Shown here: one piece after another, positions 38,729-48,997 of the stretch
Position numbering within the stretch: the stretch's first letter is position 1
Layout of the letters: every line of letters starts with the position of its first letter
NCBI GenBank assembly: GCA_044350705.1
Contig: JBILHA010000001.1
Coordinates: forward strand, 244,242 to 308,241
Source: Candidatus Kapaibacterium sp.
GTDB taxonomy: Bacteria > Patescibacteriota > Patescibacteriia > UBA9934
Direction: 5' to 3'
Length of the DNA stretch: 64,000 nt
Notes under the pieces: generated by a model
Told to the model about the DNA's origin: nothing
The model's database searches: none
Seen by the model: the letters and a program-made list of their open reading frames with translations, nothing else
Program-made: the position numbers and the translations under genes

Positions 38729-39206
38729 TCATCACATCACCGAGCTGTTACGTAAGCAGGGGAAGCATCGCCTTCATTTTTGGAAAAAGGTTGCTGCGTA
38801 TGGCATGTATCTTTTTGCAATTGTTTGGGTAGGGGTGAGTTTGGCGGGGTGGATGTCTTGGTGGCGTCCGTTGATTCCTTTCCTGCTTAGCTATATTACG
38901 CTTTTGGTGGTTCAGGCAATTATTAAGCGGGAACGACCTAACTTTGAGAAAATTTCGGGATATCGCATGTGGGTGCGCACGTATTCTTTTCCGTCAGGCC
39001 ACTCTACAGAGAGTGCGGCACTGGCGGGAGCACTTCTTTTTTATCCTCTTTATCCTTCCCTTGAAATGATGGTCGTCGCTGGGGTTTTTTTGAGCGTTGT
39101 TGCAGGTATGGTGATGTATTCACGCATTGCGGTTGGGGTGCATTATGTGACTGATGTGATTGCAGGTTTTTGTTTGGGAATTGTGTATGTACTCGCATTC
39201 TTATAA
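38715..39206 (+). CDS. PAP2-family phosphatase (undecaprenyl-diphosphatase-like)
   Basis: PAP2 motifs KRERPNF, PSGHS and SRIAVGVHYVTD; membrane-embedded. Confidence 0.75.
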   Translation: MQSIDHHITELLRKQGKHRLHFWKKVAAYGMYLFAIVWVGVSLAGWMSWWRPLIPFLLSYITLLVVQAIIKRERPNFEKISGYRMWVRTYSFPSGHSTESAALAGALLFYPLYPSLEMMVVAGVFLSVVAGMVMYSRIAVGVHYVTDVIAGFCLGIVYVLAFL

Positions 39207-39221
39207 GATGAGGCTACGTTT

Positions 39222-40316
39222 TTGAGCAACGTAAAAGCATGTATGCGTGTCGTTATTCTTGCGGGTGGGGTCGGAACGCGTTTGTGGCCCATGAGCCGGT
39301 CTACCAAGCCAAAGCAATTTTTTGATGTTCTTTCTGACCAACCACTTTTGCGTGATACCTTCGATCGTGTTGCGCGCGTTTATCCGTTGGAAGATATTTT
39401 TGTTTCCGTTTCACCTACGTTTGCAGAGCATGTGCGAGGTGTTCTGCCAGAGTTGAGTGAAAAGCAGATTATTATCGAACCAGAGCGACGAGATACAGGT
39501 CCGGCGATGGGTTTTGCGGCTGCGGTGCTCTCGCTTGATAAGCCGGATGAGCCCACCATGTTTCTTCCGTCCGATCACTATATTCGAGATACTGAACGTT
39601 TTCTCACTCTTCTTCAGGTAGCTGATGAGCTCATTAAAGAAGAGGGCGTTCTTGTGGATATTGGTGTTCCTCCCACGTTTCCTTCTACTGCGCTTGGATA
39701 CACCAAGGTAGGGAGCGTTGTTGCTGAACGGCGAGCCGTTTCTGTTTTGGCGTTTGCTGGCCATACAGAAAAACCTCCGTATGAGATCGCGAAAAAATAC
39801 GTGGAGGATGGTTCTCATTTATGGCATGCAAATTATTATGCCTGGACTCCTGCAAAGTTTTTAGAAGCTTTTGAGAAATATGCGCCTGATATGTTCGAGA
39901 CGCTTATTGCGCTTCGGGATGCGTATGGAGAGGGGGACCGGGAGCGTGTAGCGGCATTGTTTAGCACTCTTCCGAGTAAAGCGTTTGATTATCTCGTCAC
40001 TGAAAAGATGGATCATGATCGGGTGCGTATTTTGCGAGGAGATTTTGGGTGGAGTGATATTGGAACGTGGGATACCTTGCACGATCGACTTTCTGATCAG
40101 GGAAATAATGTAGTAAAAGGGACGGTCATCGCGAAAAATACCCATGGATCTTTGGTGTATGCCGCTGGAGATCGTTTGGTTGCGGCATTTGGTTTGCAGG
40201 ATGTTATGATAGTCGACACTCCTGATGCGCTTTTGGTGTGTCATAAACGGTCTGCTGAACATTTGAAAGAGTTGCTTGCAGAGATTAAAGAGCAAACGGG
40301 AGAAAAATACTTATAA
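39222..40316 (+). CDS. manC: Mannose-1-phosphate guanylyltransferase (GDP-mannose pyrophosphorylase)
   Basis: N-terminal nucleotidyltransferase motif ILAGGVGTRLWP and a ManC-like C-terminal fold. Confidence 0.75.
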   Translation: MSNVKACMRVVILAGGVGTRLWPMSRSTKPKQFFDVLSDQPLLRDTFDRVARVYPLEDIFVSVSPTFAEHVRGVLPELSEKQIIIEPERRDTGPAMGFAAAVLSLDKPDEPTMFLPSDHYIRDTERFLTLLQVADELIKEEGVLVDIGVPPTFPSTALGYTKVGSVVAERRAVSVLAFAGHTEKPPYEIAKKYVEDGSHLWHANYYAWTPAKFLEAFEKYAPDMFETLIALRDAYGEGDRERVAALFSTLPSKAFDYLVTEKMDHDRVRILRGDFGWSDIGTWDTLHDRLSDQGNNVVKGTVIAKNTHGSLVYAAGDRLVAAFGLQDVMIVDTPDALLVCHKRSAEHLKELLAEIKEQTGEKYL

Positions 40317-40400
40317 AAGTGAGAAAAAGACCTAGACCCCCCAAGGGCCTTACTCGGGAATGCTTTGACATTTCTTTTTAACTTGTGAAAATGGAGGTGT

Positions 40401-41453
40401 ATGTTATTTCGTAAGCAGCAGTATAGTTATCGTCCCCGCCAAAAGCGATCTCGATTGCCGGTTATTGCTGTTCTCTTATTGGTCACCGGAGGACTTTTTG
40501 CGTATCGTCAGTTCCATCAATACTTTTTAGCTTCTTCGGATTTTCCAGAGACTTCTTTCACGATTTCGGAAGGGGAATCACTCGCGAGCATCGCACGGCG
40601 TTTGGAGGAAGCGGAGATCGTTCCGAGTGCATTTTGGTTTCGACTCGCGGCAAAATTTGCAGGTTTAGATGATGATATTCGTTCTGGGACGACTCTTCTT
40701 ATCCCGGGAGATCGCACGGCGGATATTTTAGGAGCGCTCATATATCCTTCGGGAGAAACAGAAGTAAGCGTTACTATCCCGGAAGGATATACGCTTGCAC
40801 AAATCGGTGCCACGATTCGCGCCGCACTTCCTCACATCTCTGAAGAGGATTGGCAGCGGGCGACGGATGCATCTTCTGCTCTTGCGGCTGACCGTTTTGT
40901 AAAGGAAGCGCAAAAACCCGCAGATGTTGATTTAGAAGGATATCTTTTTCCTGATACCTATCGCTTTTACGAACATGCAACTGCGGAAGATGTCGCTTCC
41001 CGCATGCTTCGTACTATGGAAAGTCGTGTGAATACGCTTGGTAAACCCACGGGAGACGCAGAGGGCATGACGATGCACGAACTTCTTACGCTTTCTTCGA
41101 TTATTGAGCGTGAAGTGCGGAAATCTGATGAGATGCGAGAAGTAGCAGATATTTTTTTGAAGCGCTTAGAAATTGGCATGGCATTGCAGTCTGATGCGAC
41201 GGTCAATTACGTGACCGGTGGCAAGGATCCGTCCATTTCTCTTACTGATCGTGATCTTGATTCTCCTTATAACACGTATCAATATCCTGGTCTTCCTCCA
41301 GGACCGATAAGTAATCCTGGCATGAACGCCCTTCGCGCAGTTTGGAATCCTGCCGAGAATCCGTATTACTATTTTCTCACTGATATGCAAGGAAAAGTGT
41401 ATTACGCCGAAACGCATGATGAGCATGTGCTCAATAAGGCAAGATATTTATAA
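40401..41453 (+). CDS. mltG: Endolytic murein transglycosylase MltG (YceG family)
   Basis: N-terminal TM helix, LysM-like region and the YceG catalytic domain (…YYFLTDMQGKVYYAETHDEH). Confidence 0.75.
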   Translation: MLFRKQQYSYRPRQKRSRLPVIAVLLLVTGGLFAYRQFHQYFLASSDFPETSFTISEGESLASIARRLEEAEIVPSAFWFRLAAKFAGLDDDIRSGTTLLIPGDRTADILGALIYPSGETEVSVTIPEGYTLAQIGATIRAALPHISEEDWQRATDASSALAADRFVKEAQKPADVDLEGYLFPDTYRFYEHATAEDVASRMLRTMESRVNTLGKPTGDAEGMTMHELLTLSSIIEREVRKSDEMREVADIFLKRLEIGMALQSDATVNYVTGGKDPSISLTDRDLDSPYNTYQYPGLPPGPISNPGMNALRAVWNPAENPYYYFLTDMQGKVYYAETHDEHVLNKARYL

Positions 41454-41481
41454 AAAAATAGCTTATATTAGCGAAATAATA

Positions 41482-41510
41482 TTGACAAAAAGTCATTTTT
41501 TTGCTATACT
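41482..41510 (+). promoter_or_regulatory. Sigma70-type promoter (TTGACA, 17-nt spacer, TATACT) upstream of uvrD/pcrA
   Basis: Canonical -35/-10 hexamers with 17-nt spacing read directly, about 80 nt before the start codon. Confidence 0.55.
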
Positions 41511-41589
41511 TAATATTGTGTCTTTGCGTATATTCATCCCCAGTATTTTGTCTTCTTTTTAGGAGAATTTTGTTACACTCTGGGGTGCT

Positions 41590-43746
41590 ATGAAAGATTT
41601 TTTCCTGACCGGCATGACCGGAGAAGCCGCGCCTTTTTGCGATTATCGGGCTGAGCTCAATGATGAGCAATATGCGGTCGTTGCCTCAGGAGATGGTCCC
41701 CAGCTTGTTCTTGCGGGGGCGGGAAGTGGAAAGACGCGCGTGGTGACCTATCGCGTTGCATGGCTTTTGGAGCATGGGGTGCAGCCGGAAGAGATTCTTT
41801 TGCTTACGTTTACGAATAAGGCGGCAAAAGAGATGATCACCCGCGTGGAGTCTTTGCTCAAGGTCTATCCTACGGGATTGTGGTCGGGAACGTTTCATTC
41901 TATTGCGAATCGCCTGCTTCGTATGTATGGCGATCGCACGCCGTATGGACGAGATTTCTCTATTTTGGATGAGGAAGATGCGCATGATCTTATTAAACTT
42001 TGCGTAAAAGAAGTAAAAGCGGATTCGTTTGGAAGGAAATTCCCTTCTGCTTCGGTGATTAAATCCGTTACGTCCTTTGCGCAGAATGCCCGTCTTTCTC
42101 TTCAGGAAGCGCTTGAGCGTCGTGCGCCCATGCACGAACCCTTGGCGGGAGAGATCGAGAAAGTGTTAAAAAAATATCAAGAAGAAAAAGTGCGGCAGCG
42201 ATCCATGGATTTTGATGACCTGTTGCTGGAGCTTTACCGTCTTCTTTCAGAAGATGAGCATGTACGGACCTCCCTTGCTCGTCGTTTTCGCTATCTCATG
42301 GTTGATGAGTTTCAAGATACGAATCTCATTCAGGCGGATCTCGTAGACCTTCTCTCTTCACATCACCGGAATATTCTTGCGGTTGGAGATGATGCGCAAA
42401 GCATTTACTCTTTCCGCGCTGCGGAAATTCAAAATATTCTTGATTTTTCCGGACGATATCCCGGTGCCGTGATTCATCGCCTTGTGACGAATTATCGTTC
42501 AACGCCTCAGATTCTTGCGGTTGCGAACGCGGTTATTGCAAATAACCAGGATCAATATGAAAAAGAGTTAGTTGCTGTGGCGCGCGAGGGAGAGCGTCCT
42601 TTTGTTGTTCCTGCGGCTGATGATCGGCAAGAGGCGCAATATGTTGCCGAACAAATTCTTTCTTTACTGAATGAGGGCGTTCGCCTCAGAGACATTGCCG
42701 TTCTTTTTCGTGCGGCGTTTCATTCCCAAGCGCTTGAATTTGAATTGATGCGTCGTGCTATTCCCTATGAGTACCGAGGCGGAATGAAATTCTTTGAGCG
42801 TGCGCATGTGAAGGATGCGTTGGCGCATTTGAGAATTCTGAGAAATGTAAAAGATGGTGTGGCGTGGATGCGGGCGCTCCAGATTCAGCCTGGAATGGGG
42901 CTTGCGACTGCGGCAAAGGTTGCCAATCATGTGAGCACGCAAGATACGGTTGTTGATGCGATCGTCTCTCCTCCAAAACTTGGCGATAAGGCGCAACAAG
43001 GGTGGTCGCGTACGGCAACCCTTTTAGGAGCAATGGCTTCTGAGCAACTTCCTGCACATATGCTTCGAGCGTTTGCGGGGAGTGATATCTATCGAGAATA
43101 CTTAGATGCTGAATATCAGAATTCGCGAGAGCGTCGAGAGGATTTGGAGCAATTTGCGCTCTTTGCTGAGCAATATCAGGATCTGGGAGCGTTTTTAGAT
43201 GCCGTCACGCTCACGGGAGATTTTGGAGGCCTCATGGATCCGGAATTAGAAAAGCGCGATGAAGGATATTCCGAGGAAAAGATGATTCTCTCGACGATCC
43301 ATCAAGCAAAAGGACTTGAGTGGGAGAATGTTTTCGTTATTAACGTTGCTGAAGGGGCGTTTCCGAGTGATAAATCATTTGCCAATCCCAAAGAGATTGA
43401 GGAGGAGCGTCGATTGTTTTATGTGGCAACAACCCGCGCGAAGAAGCGTTTGTTTTTGACGTATGGCATTACTTCGGGATATGAAAATATCACCATTCGC
43501 CAGCCTTCCACCTTCCTCGATGAGATTCCAAAAAATCTTATTGAAGAAATTCGTCTTCGTCACCAGGCTGGATGGGGTGGGGGATATGGGGGTTATGCGG
43601 CTTCTCGGTCCTCTGCCCCCAAGAAACGGCTTCAAGATGAGTGGGGAGACGGATATAATGAGCCCACGATTGTTCTTGATGATTCCGGCGAGTCTTCCTC
43701 GGAGAAGAAGAAGCCGTTTCCTAAATCTTTTCTCATAGACGTATAA
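41590..43746 (+). CDS. uvrD: ATP-dependent DNA helicase PcrA/UvrD
   Basis: Motifs AGAGSGKT, DEFQDTN, VGDDAQSIYSFRAA and a Gly/Tyr-rich disordered C-terminal tail. Confidence 0.9.
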   Translation: MKDFFLTGMTGEAAPFCDYRAELNDEQYAVVASGDGPQLVLAGAGSGKTRVVTYRVAWLLEHGVQPEEILLLTFTNKAAKEMITRVESLLKVYPTGLWSGTFHSIANRLLRMYGDRTPYGRDFSILDEEDAHDLIKLCVKEVKADSFGRKFPSASVIKSVTSFAQNARLSLQEALERRAPMHEPLAGEIEKVLKKYQEEKVRQRSMDFDDLLLELYRLLSEDEHVRTSLARRFRYLMVDEFQDTNLIQADLVDLLSSHHRNILAVGDDAQSIYSFRAAEIQNILDFSGRYPGAVIHRLVTNYRSTPQILAVANAVIANNQDQYEKELVAVAREGERPFVVPAADDRQEAQYVAEQILSLLNEGVRLRDIAVLFRAAFHSQALEFELMRRAIPYEYRGGMKFFERAHVKDALAHLRILRNVKDGVAWMRALQIQPGMGLATAAKVANHVSTQDTVVDAIVSPPKLGDKAQQGWSRTATLLGAMASEQLPAHMLRAFAGSDIYREYLDAEYQNSRERREDLEQFALFAEQYQDLGAFLDAVTLTGDFGGLMDPELEKRDEGYSEEKMILSTIHQAKGLEWENVFVINVAEGAFPSDKSFANPKEIEEERRLFYVATTRAKKRLFLTYGITSGYENITIRQPSTFLDEIPKNLIEEIRLRHQAGWGGGYGGYAASRSSAPKKRLQDEWGDGYNEPTIVLDDSGESSSEKKKPFPKSFLIDV

Positions 43747-43754
43747 TATTTTGT

Positions 43755-44909
43755 ATGAATTATTCTGAAGAAGCATTGAAACAGCATAAAGAGAAGCAGG
43801 GGAAATGGGCGATTACCTCTCTTATGCCACTTGAGACGAAAGATGATTTGTCCGTGGCTTATACGCCGGGTGTTGCTGCGCCTTGTGAGGCAATTGCTGC
43901 GAATCCTGATGACGCGTATCTCTATACCATGAAGGGACGTACGGTTGCGGTCGTTTCTGATGGAACTTCAGTATTGGGTTTGGGAGATATTGGTCCTATG
44001 GCCGGACTTCCTGTTATGGAAGGGAAGGCGGTGCTTTATAAAAAGTATGCCAATATTGATGCAGTGCCGATTGTTCTTGCGAGTAAAGAAGTTGATGATA
44101 TTGTCCAGGCGGTAAAAATGATCGCTCCTACGTTTGGAGGTATTCATTTGGAGGACATCGCTGCACCTGCGTGTTTTGCGGTTGAAGAGCGTCTTTCTCG
44201 AGAATTAGATATACCCGTGATGCATGATGACCAGCATGCAACGGCAATTGTGACGCTTGCGGCGCTTTACAACGCGCTTCGCATTGTAGAGAAAGAAATT
44301 GCGGATATACGAGTAGTTATCAATGGAGTGGGAGCTGCTGGAGTTGCCATTGCAGACCTTCTTCGTGCTGCCGGTGTTGTGCGTATCGATATGGCGGACT
44401 CGAAAGGTATTATTGCGGTTGGTCGTGCAGGTATGAATGCGGAAAAAGATCGTCTTGCACGTCTTCTGAATCCTGCAGGAAAAACAGGCTCTCTTGCTGA
44501 GGTCATGCAGGACGCGGATGTGGTGATTGGGGTGAGTAAGCCAGGCGTCATTACGCGCGAGATGGTGAGCAGCATGGCTTCTCGGGCTATTGTTTTCGCG
44601 CTTGCAAATCCCGTTCCTGAAATCATGCCGGATGAAGCGAAAGCAGCGGGAGCGGCCGTGGTTGCTACGGGACGTTCGGATTTTGCTAACCAAGTGAATA
44701 ACGTTTTGGTATATCCTGGAATTTTTCGAGGTTTGCTCGATGCGCATGCGCATACGCTCACGATGGCTATGAAGCTTGCAGCGGCACGTGCGCTTGCGCA
44801 GATGGTTGATCAGCCTACGGCAGAAAAGATCATCCCCTCAATCCTCGATGTCAATCCTGCGCCTTTTCTTGCGGCTGCCGTTGCTGAGGAGGCGAGGAAA
44901 ATGGCGTAG
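43755..44909 (+). CDS. NAD(P)-dependent malic enzyme (short bacterial form)
   Basis: Malic enzyme N-terminal (…YTPGVA…) and NAD-binding (VINGVGAAGVA) domains. Confidence 0.85.
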   Translation: MNYSEEALKQHKEKQGKWAITSLMPLETKDDLSVAYTPGVAAPCEAIAANPDDAYLYTMKGRTVAVVSDGTSVLGLGDIGPMAGLPVMEGKAVLYKKYANIDAVPIVLASKEVDDIVQAVKMIAPTFGGIHLEDIAAPACFAVEERLSRELDIPVMHDDQHATAIVTLAALYNALRIVEKEIADIRVVINGVGAAGVAIADLLRAAGVVRIDMADSKGIIAVGRAGMNAEKDRLARLLNPAGKTGSLAEVMQDADVVIGVSKPGVITREMVSSMASRAIVFALANPVPEIMPDEAKAAGAAVVATGRSDFANQVNNVLVYPGIFRGLLDAHAHTLTMAMKLAAARALAQMVDQPTAEKIIPSILDVNPAPFLAAAVAEEARKMA

Positions 44910-44915
44910 CCTTGT

Positions 44916-45446
44916 ATGATGCGATCGATTCGTCCACGCTCACGTAGTATGGGTTCCGCTCTTCTTATAGGGGTGGTGGTTCTTGGTGGGGCGGGTGCCT
45001 TTTGGACGGGCCTTCAGGCTTTTCGTGCGCAGGCAAAGAATCGTCAAGCTGAAGAAGCACGGCGTTCGGAGGGCGTGGGTGAGGAGAGTGTGTTTCAGGA
45101 ATTGTCTGCGGTTGCTTCACTTGTTTCAGGGGGAGTAAACGTAGGCAGGGTGACGCGTGTGATGCAGGACGAAGGCGCGGTGCTTGAGGTTTTAGTCACG
45201 CTCCCTCCTCTTGATTCCCAGGTATATGAGTACCATGTGTGGTTGGTAAAAGAGGGTTTGGCTGATGTGGTGGATCTTGGTGCACTTACTGCTCGTGCTG
45301 ATGGTACGTGGACTGGGGTTTTTGTGGCGAGTCCTGCGACGGGTATTATTGATCCGATGCTTTTTTCTCGTGTCGTGATTATGCTCGAGCCTCGTGATGG
45401 TAACCCTGCTCCTTCCGGGAATAAGATTGTTGAGGGATCTTGGTAA
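44916..45446 (+). CDS. Hypothetical protein, N-terminal TM anchor (possibly anti-sigma-factor-like extracytoplasmic domain)
   Basis: ORF only. Confidence 0.25.
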   Translation: MMRSIRPRSRSMGSALLIGVVVLGGAGAFWTGLQAFRAQAKNRQAEEARRSEGVGEESVFQELSAVASLVSGGVNVGRVTRVMQDEGAVLEVLVTLPPLDSQVYEYHVWLVKEGLADVVDLGALTARADGTWTGVFVASPATGIIDPMLFSRVVIMLEPRDGNPAPSGNKIVEGSW

Positions 45447-45452
45447 GAGGGT

Positions 45453-46652
45453 ATGCGTATTCATGTTGTGGGTGCAGGCTGGGTGGGATTGGTGAGTGCG
45501 GGTGCTTTTGCGCAGTATGGACATGAGATTGCGGTTGTAGATGCGAATGAGGAGCGAATCGCACTTCTTACTCGAGGGGAGCTCCCTTTCTTTGAGGCAG
45601 GTCTTGCGGATCTTTTAGGAGAAGGAAAGCGACAGGGGCGTTTTACGGTTTCTTCATATGCGCAGATTCCTTTTGCACCCGAGGTGGTTTTTTGTTGCGT
45701 GGGAACGCCTCAGGGCGTATTGGGACACGCGGATGTTTCCGCGGTTTTTTCTGCCGCAACGTGGTATGCGGAGCATTTTCCTCATACGCTGTTTGTCGTT
45801 AAATCTACGGTTCCTCCGGAAACAGGAAAAAAACTGAGCGAAGCCTTTCCTTCTTTGTTTTTTGCTGCAAATCCAGAATTTCTTGCGGAGGGTACGGCAG
45901 TACGTGATGCGCTTTTTCCTGCGCGTATTGTTTGCGGTGTAGAAGATGAGCAGGCGGCGGAGATGATGAAGCGGGTGTATGCTCCTTGGGTTGCTCGAGA
46001 GGTTCCTCTGCTCATCACCGATCGCGTCACCGCTGAACTTGCCAAGTATGCGGCAAATGCATTCTTGGCTACCAAGATTAGTTTTGTGAATGAGCTTAGT
46101 GAATTTGCAGAATTGCTCGGCGCAAATATGGAAATGGTTTCAAAGAGCATGGGATTTGATCCGCGCATCGGGGCAAAATTTCTTGCGCATGGTATTGGGT
46201 ATGGAGGGAGTTGTTTTCCGAAGGATACCCAGGCGCTTCTTTCGGTTGCTCAGGAACGGGGCATTGATTTGCCCCTTGTGCGTGAAGCTGAAAAAAGAAA
46301 TCTTCGTCAGCGTGATCGTTATGTGCAGAAGATCCTTCAGGCTTATGAGATGCAAGGGGGAAGGGGGCACGTTGCTTTACTTGGGATGGCGTATAAGCCC
46401 GGCACTGATGATACGCGTTCTTCACCGGCGGTAGCGATTTTTCTTCGTTTGCAACAAGAGGGAGTTCCCGTCAAATGGTACGATCCCCGTGTGCACGTTT
46501 ATGAAGGAAGCAGGGGTGAGGAGAGCGTGGATATGGCTTGTAAAGAAGCTGCGGTTGTTTTTGTTGCAACGGACTGGCCGGAGATTGAAATATTTGCAAA
46601 GACTCTTCCCGTTGATCGGGTTCTTTGGGGGCGTGCGCGTGGTACACTATAG
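45453..46652 (+). CDS. UDP-glucose/GDP-mannose dehydrogenase family (likely UDP-glucose 6-dehydrogenase)
   Basis: N-terminal Rossmann VVGAGWVGL and the catalytic Cys motif GGSCFPKD. Confidence 0.8.
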   Translation: MRIHVVGAGWVGLVSAGAFAQYGHEIAVVDANEERIALLTRGELPFFEAGLADLLGEGKRQGRFTVSSYAQIPFAPEVVFCCVGTPQGVLGHADVSAVFSAATWYAEHFPHTLFVVKSTVPPETGKKLSEAFPSLFFAANPEFLAEGTAVRDALFPARIVCGVEDEQAAEMMKRVYAPWVAREVPLLITDRVTAELAKYAANAFLATKISFVNELSEFAELLGANMEMVSKSMGFDPRIGAKFLAHGIGYGGSCFPKDTQALLSVAQERGIDLPLVREAEKRNLRQRDRYVQKILQAYEMQGGRGHVALLGMAYKPGTDDTRSSPAVAIFLRLQQEGVPVKWYDPRVHVYEGSRGEESVDMACKEAAVVFVATDWPEIEIFAKTLPVDRVLWGRARGTL

Positions 46653-46657
46653 CCACT

Positions 46658-47407
46658 ATGCGAAAGTTGTTTGGAGGAGGAAAACAGGATGTGGAGTGTG
46701 TTGATGGTGTGTGCAAAGTTCCCCTTTCTTCTGAAGAAAAGCAGATGTGTAAAGAGGGTGTCCGTGCGCCCCGCATGTCTGATCTTACGTGGCGGATTTT
46801 CCGCATGATGTCTGAATTTGTTGAGGGTTTCCAATTTCTTTCCACCATGAATAAGGAGGTTTCGTTGTTTGGTTCTGCACGCATTCCTCCCACGAGTCCT
46901 TGGTATAAAGAAGCTGAGCGTCTGGGAAAAATGCTTGCGCAGAAAGGATTTACAGTTATTACTGGCGGCGGTCCCGGGATTATGGAAGCGGCAAATAAAG
47001 GGGCGTTTGAGGGAGGAGGGCGTTCGGTGGGATTAAATATTCAGCTTCCGCATGAGCAGCGTCAGAATAAGTATGTGACGCATGGCATTTCTTTCCATTA
47101 TTTTTTCACGAGAAAGGTCATGTTTGCAGCCAGCGCGCAGGCATACGTTTATTTTCCCGGAGGTTTTGGTACGCTTGATGAACTTTTTGAGATTCTCACG
47201 CTTATTCAAACGAAAAAATCCGAGAGTATTCCTGTGGTTTTGGTAGGAAAGGAATATTGGACCCCTCTTGTACAGTTTCTTGAAGAAACTGTGTATGGCA
47301 GGTACGATGCTATCGATCGTATGGATATGCGTTTGTTTACGGTAGTCGATACTGCTGAAGAGGCGTTTACTATTCTCGCAAAATCCACGGAGCGATCACT
47401 CTTCTAG
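46658..47407 (+). CDS. LOG-family protein (cytokinin riboside 5'-monophosphate phosphoribohydrolase-like, TIGR00730)
   Basis: LOG motifs …FGSAR…, GGGPGIMEA and …YFPGGFGTLDELFE…. Confidence 0.75.
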   Translation: MRKLFGGGKQDVECVDGVCKVPLSSEEKQMCKEGVRAPRMSDLTWRIFRMMSEFVEGFQFLSTMNKEVSLFGSARIPPTSPWYKEAERLGKMLAQKGFTVITGGGPGIMEAANKGAFEGGGRSVGLNIQLPHEQRQNKYVTHGISFHYFFTRKVMFAASAQAYVYFPGGFGTLDELFEILTLIQTKKSESIPVVLVGKEYWTPLVQFLEETVYGRYDAIDRMDMRLFTVVDTAEEAFTILAKSTERSLF

Positions 47408-47417
47408 TCTCCGTTGT

Positions 47418-48989
47418 ATGTCTGATGTCCTCAAAAAACTCGCTCCTCAATTACGTGCCCAATTGCCTTTTTCGCAAAGCGTCGGGGATGAGCTTCTTGA
47501 GGTCAGTGTACCCGCTTCTTCTGCGGCGACCGTTTACGAGAAAATTCGTAATACATTTGATTACCAGGAAGATCATCTTCTTCGCCGGAATGCTATTTTG
47601 CGCATTTTGAAACGATACGCAGGGGCTGAGCGTGATCTCTCCACGCATGCTCCTGACTTGCTTCGTGAACTTGTTTGGGCGAAATATTTGCCGAATAAAT
47701 CCATTCCTCTTGCGTTTTCGGAGGTCATTGCAAAAACTATTCAGAAATATGAAGTTCTTCTTGCGGCTGCCGCTCGTCAGCCTGCGCAGGAGCGTGAAGA
47801 GCTTTATCGTTGGATTTTCGATGTTCTTGCAACTGATATTGACCACGTTCTTTCGCCTACCCAGCATGAAGAGGCGCTTGCGGCGTTCATGTATGATGCG
47901 CTTAAAAAGCGTATGGATTGGGATCCTGCGCTCATCATGAATGATGAGGAGAAGGATCTGCGTTTGTATACCGCAGTGCATCGCATTTTGTTGAAATCGG
48001 ATGTTGGCGTTATGCGTTTTCGTCTGCTTACGTTGTATTTTCCTGCATGGACAAAGGATGATGCACAGTGTGTGGAACAGGTTGCTCAGCAGTTGCCGCG
48101 TGTCATTCGTGCTATTGAGCAAGACATTGTTCATCCGCTTGCCGATCGACTCATGCGGCTCATCCGTCGTAAGGCGGGAGTTTTTCGTGTTCTTTTTGAT
48201 GTTCTTCGTGATGCAAAGCCGGACGCTGCGCTTTTTACACATCCCCATGAGCTTGATCGTGCAGTTGCGCGCGCCCTTGAGGCGCGCACGAATGATTTTC
48301 GCGTACGCATTCGGCGATCAGTTATTCGCTCCGTTCTTTTTCTTTTCTTTACAAAAACCATCATTGCTTTGTGTATTGAAGCGCCTTTCGATTACTTTTT
48401 TTACGATGGGCATATTCCCCTTACGCCTCTTCTGGTAAATATTTTCTTCCCCCCCTTTCTCCTCTCTATTATTGGCTTGAGCGTTCGCTTTCCCGGACCT
48501 GATAATGTGGACCATTATAAGGCGGCAATTCGTGCCTTAAGTGTTGGCGCCGATTACCCGTATCTTCATACTCGCGTGAAATATCAGCCGCGAACGTCCT
48601 GGTCTACCGTCTTCGCGGTGCTTTATGCGCTGCTTTTTGTGGCTATTTATGGTATTTTTGCCGCCTTTTTGCATACTGTCGGGTTTAATGGTCTTGCGAT
48701 TGGGCTTTTCCTCTTCTTCCTTTCGTTGGTTACCTTTTTTGGTATTCGTATTCGGTATTCCACTCGTGACATTGTTCTTTCCGATCAACGCGCGGGGATT
48801 CTTGGATCTTTCCTTGATGTCGCGCTTCTTCCTATTGCGCAGGCGGGGTCATGGCTTTCTTCGAAAGTTTCCAAGATTAACGTTTTCATTTATTTCTTTG
48901 ACTTCATTATTGAAGCTCCATTGAAAGTTGCGATTGAATTTGTAGAGGGTTGGTTAACTTTTGTGCGCGAAAAGAAAGAAGAAATTTGA
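47418..48989 (+). CDS. Hypothetical membrane protein (soluble N-terminal half, about 6 TM helices C-terminal)
   Basis: ORF only. Confidence 0.3.
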   Translation: MSDVLKKLAPQLRAQLPFSQSVGDELLEVSVPASSAATVYEKIRNTFDYQEDHLLRRNAILRILKRYAGAERDLSTHAPDLLRELVWAKYLPNKSIPLAFSEVIAKTIQKYEVLLAAAARQPAQEREELYRWIFDVLATDIDHVLSPTQHEEALAAFMYDALKKRMDWDPALIMNDEEKDLRLYTAVHRILLKSDVGVMRFRLLTLYFPAWTKDDAQCVEQVAQQLPRVIRAIEQDIVHPLADRLMRLIRRKAGVFRVLFDVLRDAKPDAALFTHPHELDRAVARALEARTNDFRVRIRRSVIRSVLFLFFTKTIIALCIEAPFDYFFYDGHIPLTPLLVNIFFPPFLLSIIGLSVRFPGPDNVDHYKAAIRALSVGADYPYLHTRVKYQPRTSWSTVFAVLYALLFVAIYGIFAAFLHTVGFNGLAIGLFLFFLSLVTFFGIRIRYSTRDIVLSDQRAGILGSFLDVALLPIAQAGSWLSSKVSKINVFIYFFDFIIEAPLKVAIEFVEGWLTFVREKKEEI

Positions 48990-48997
48990 GACTGAGC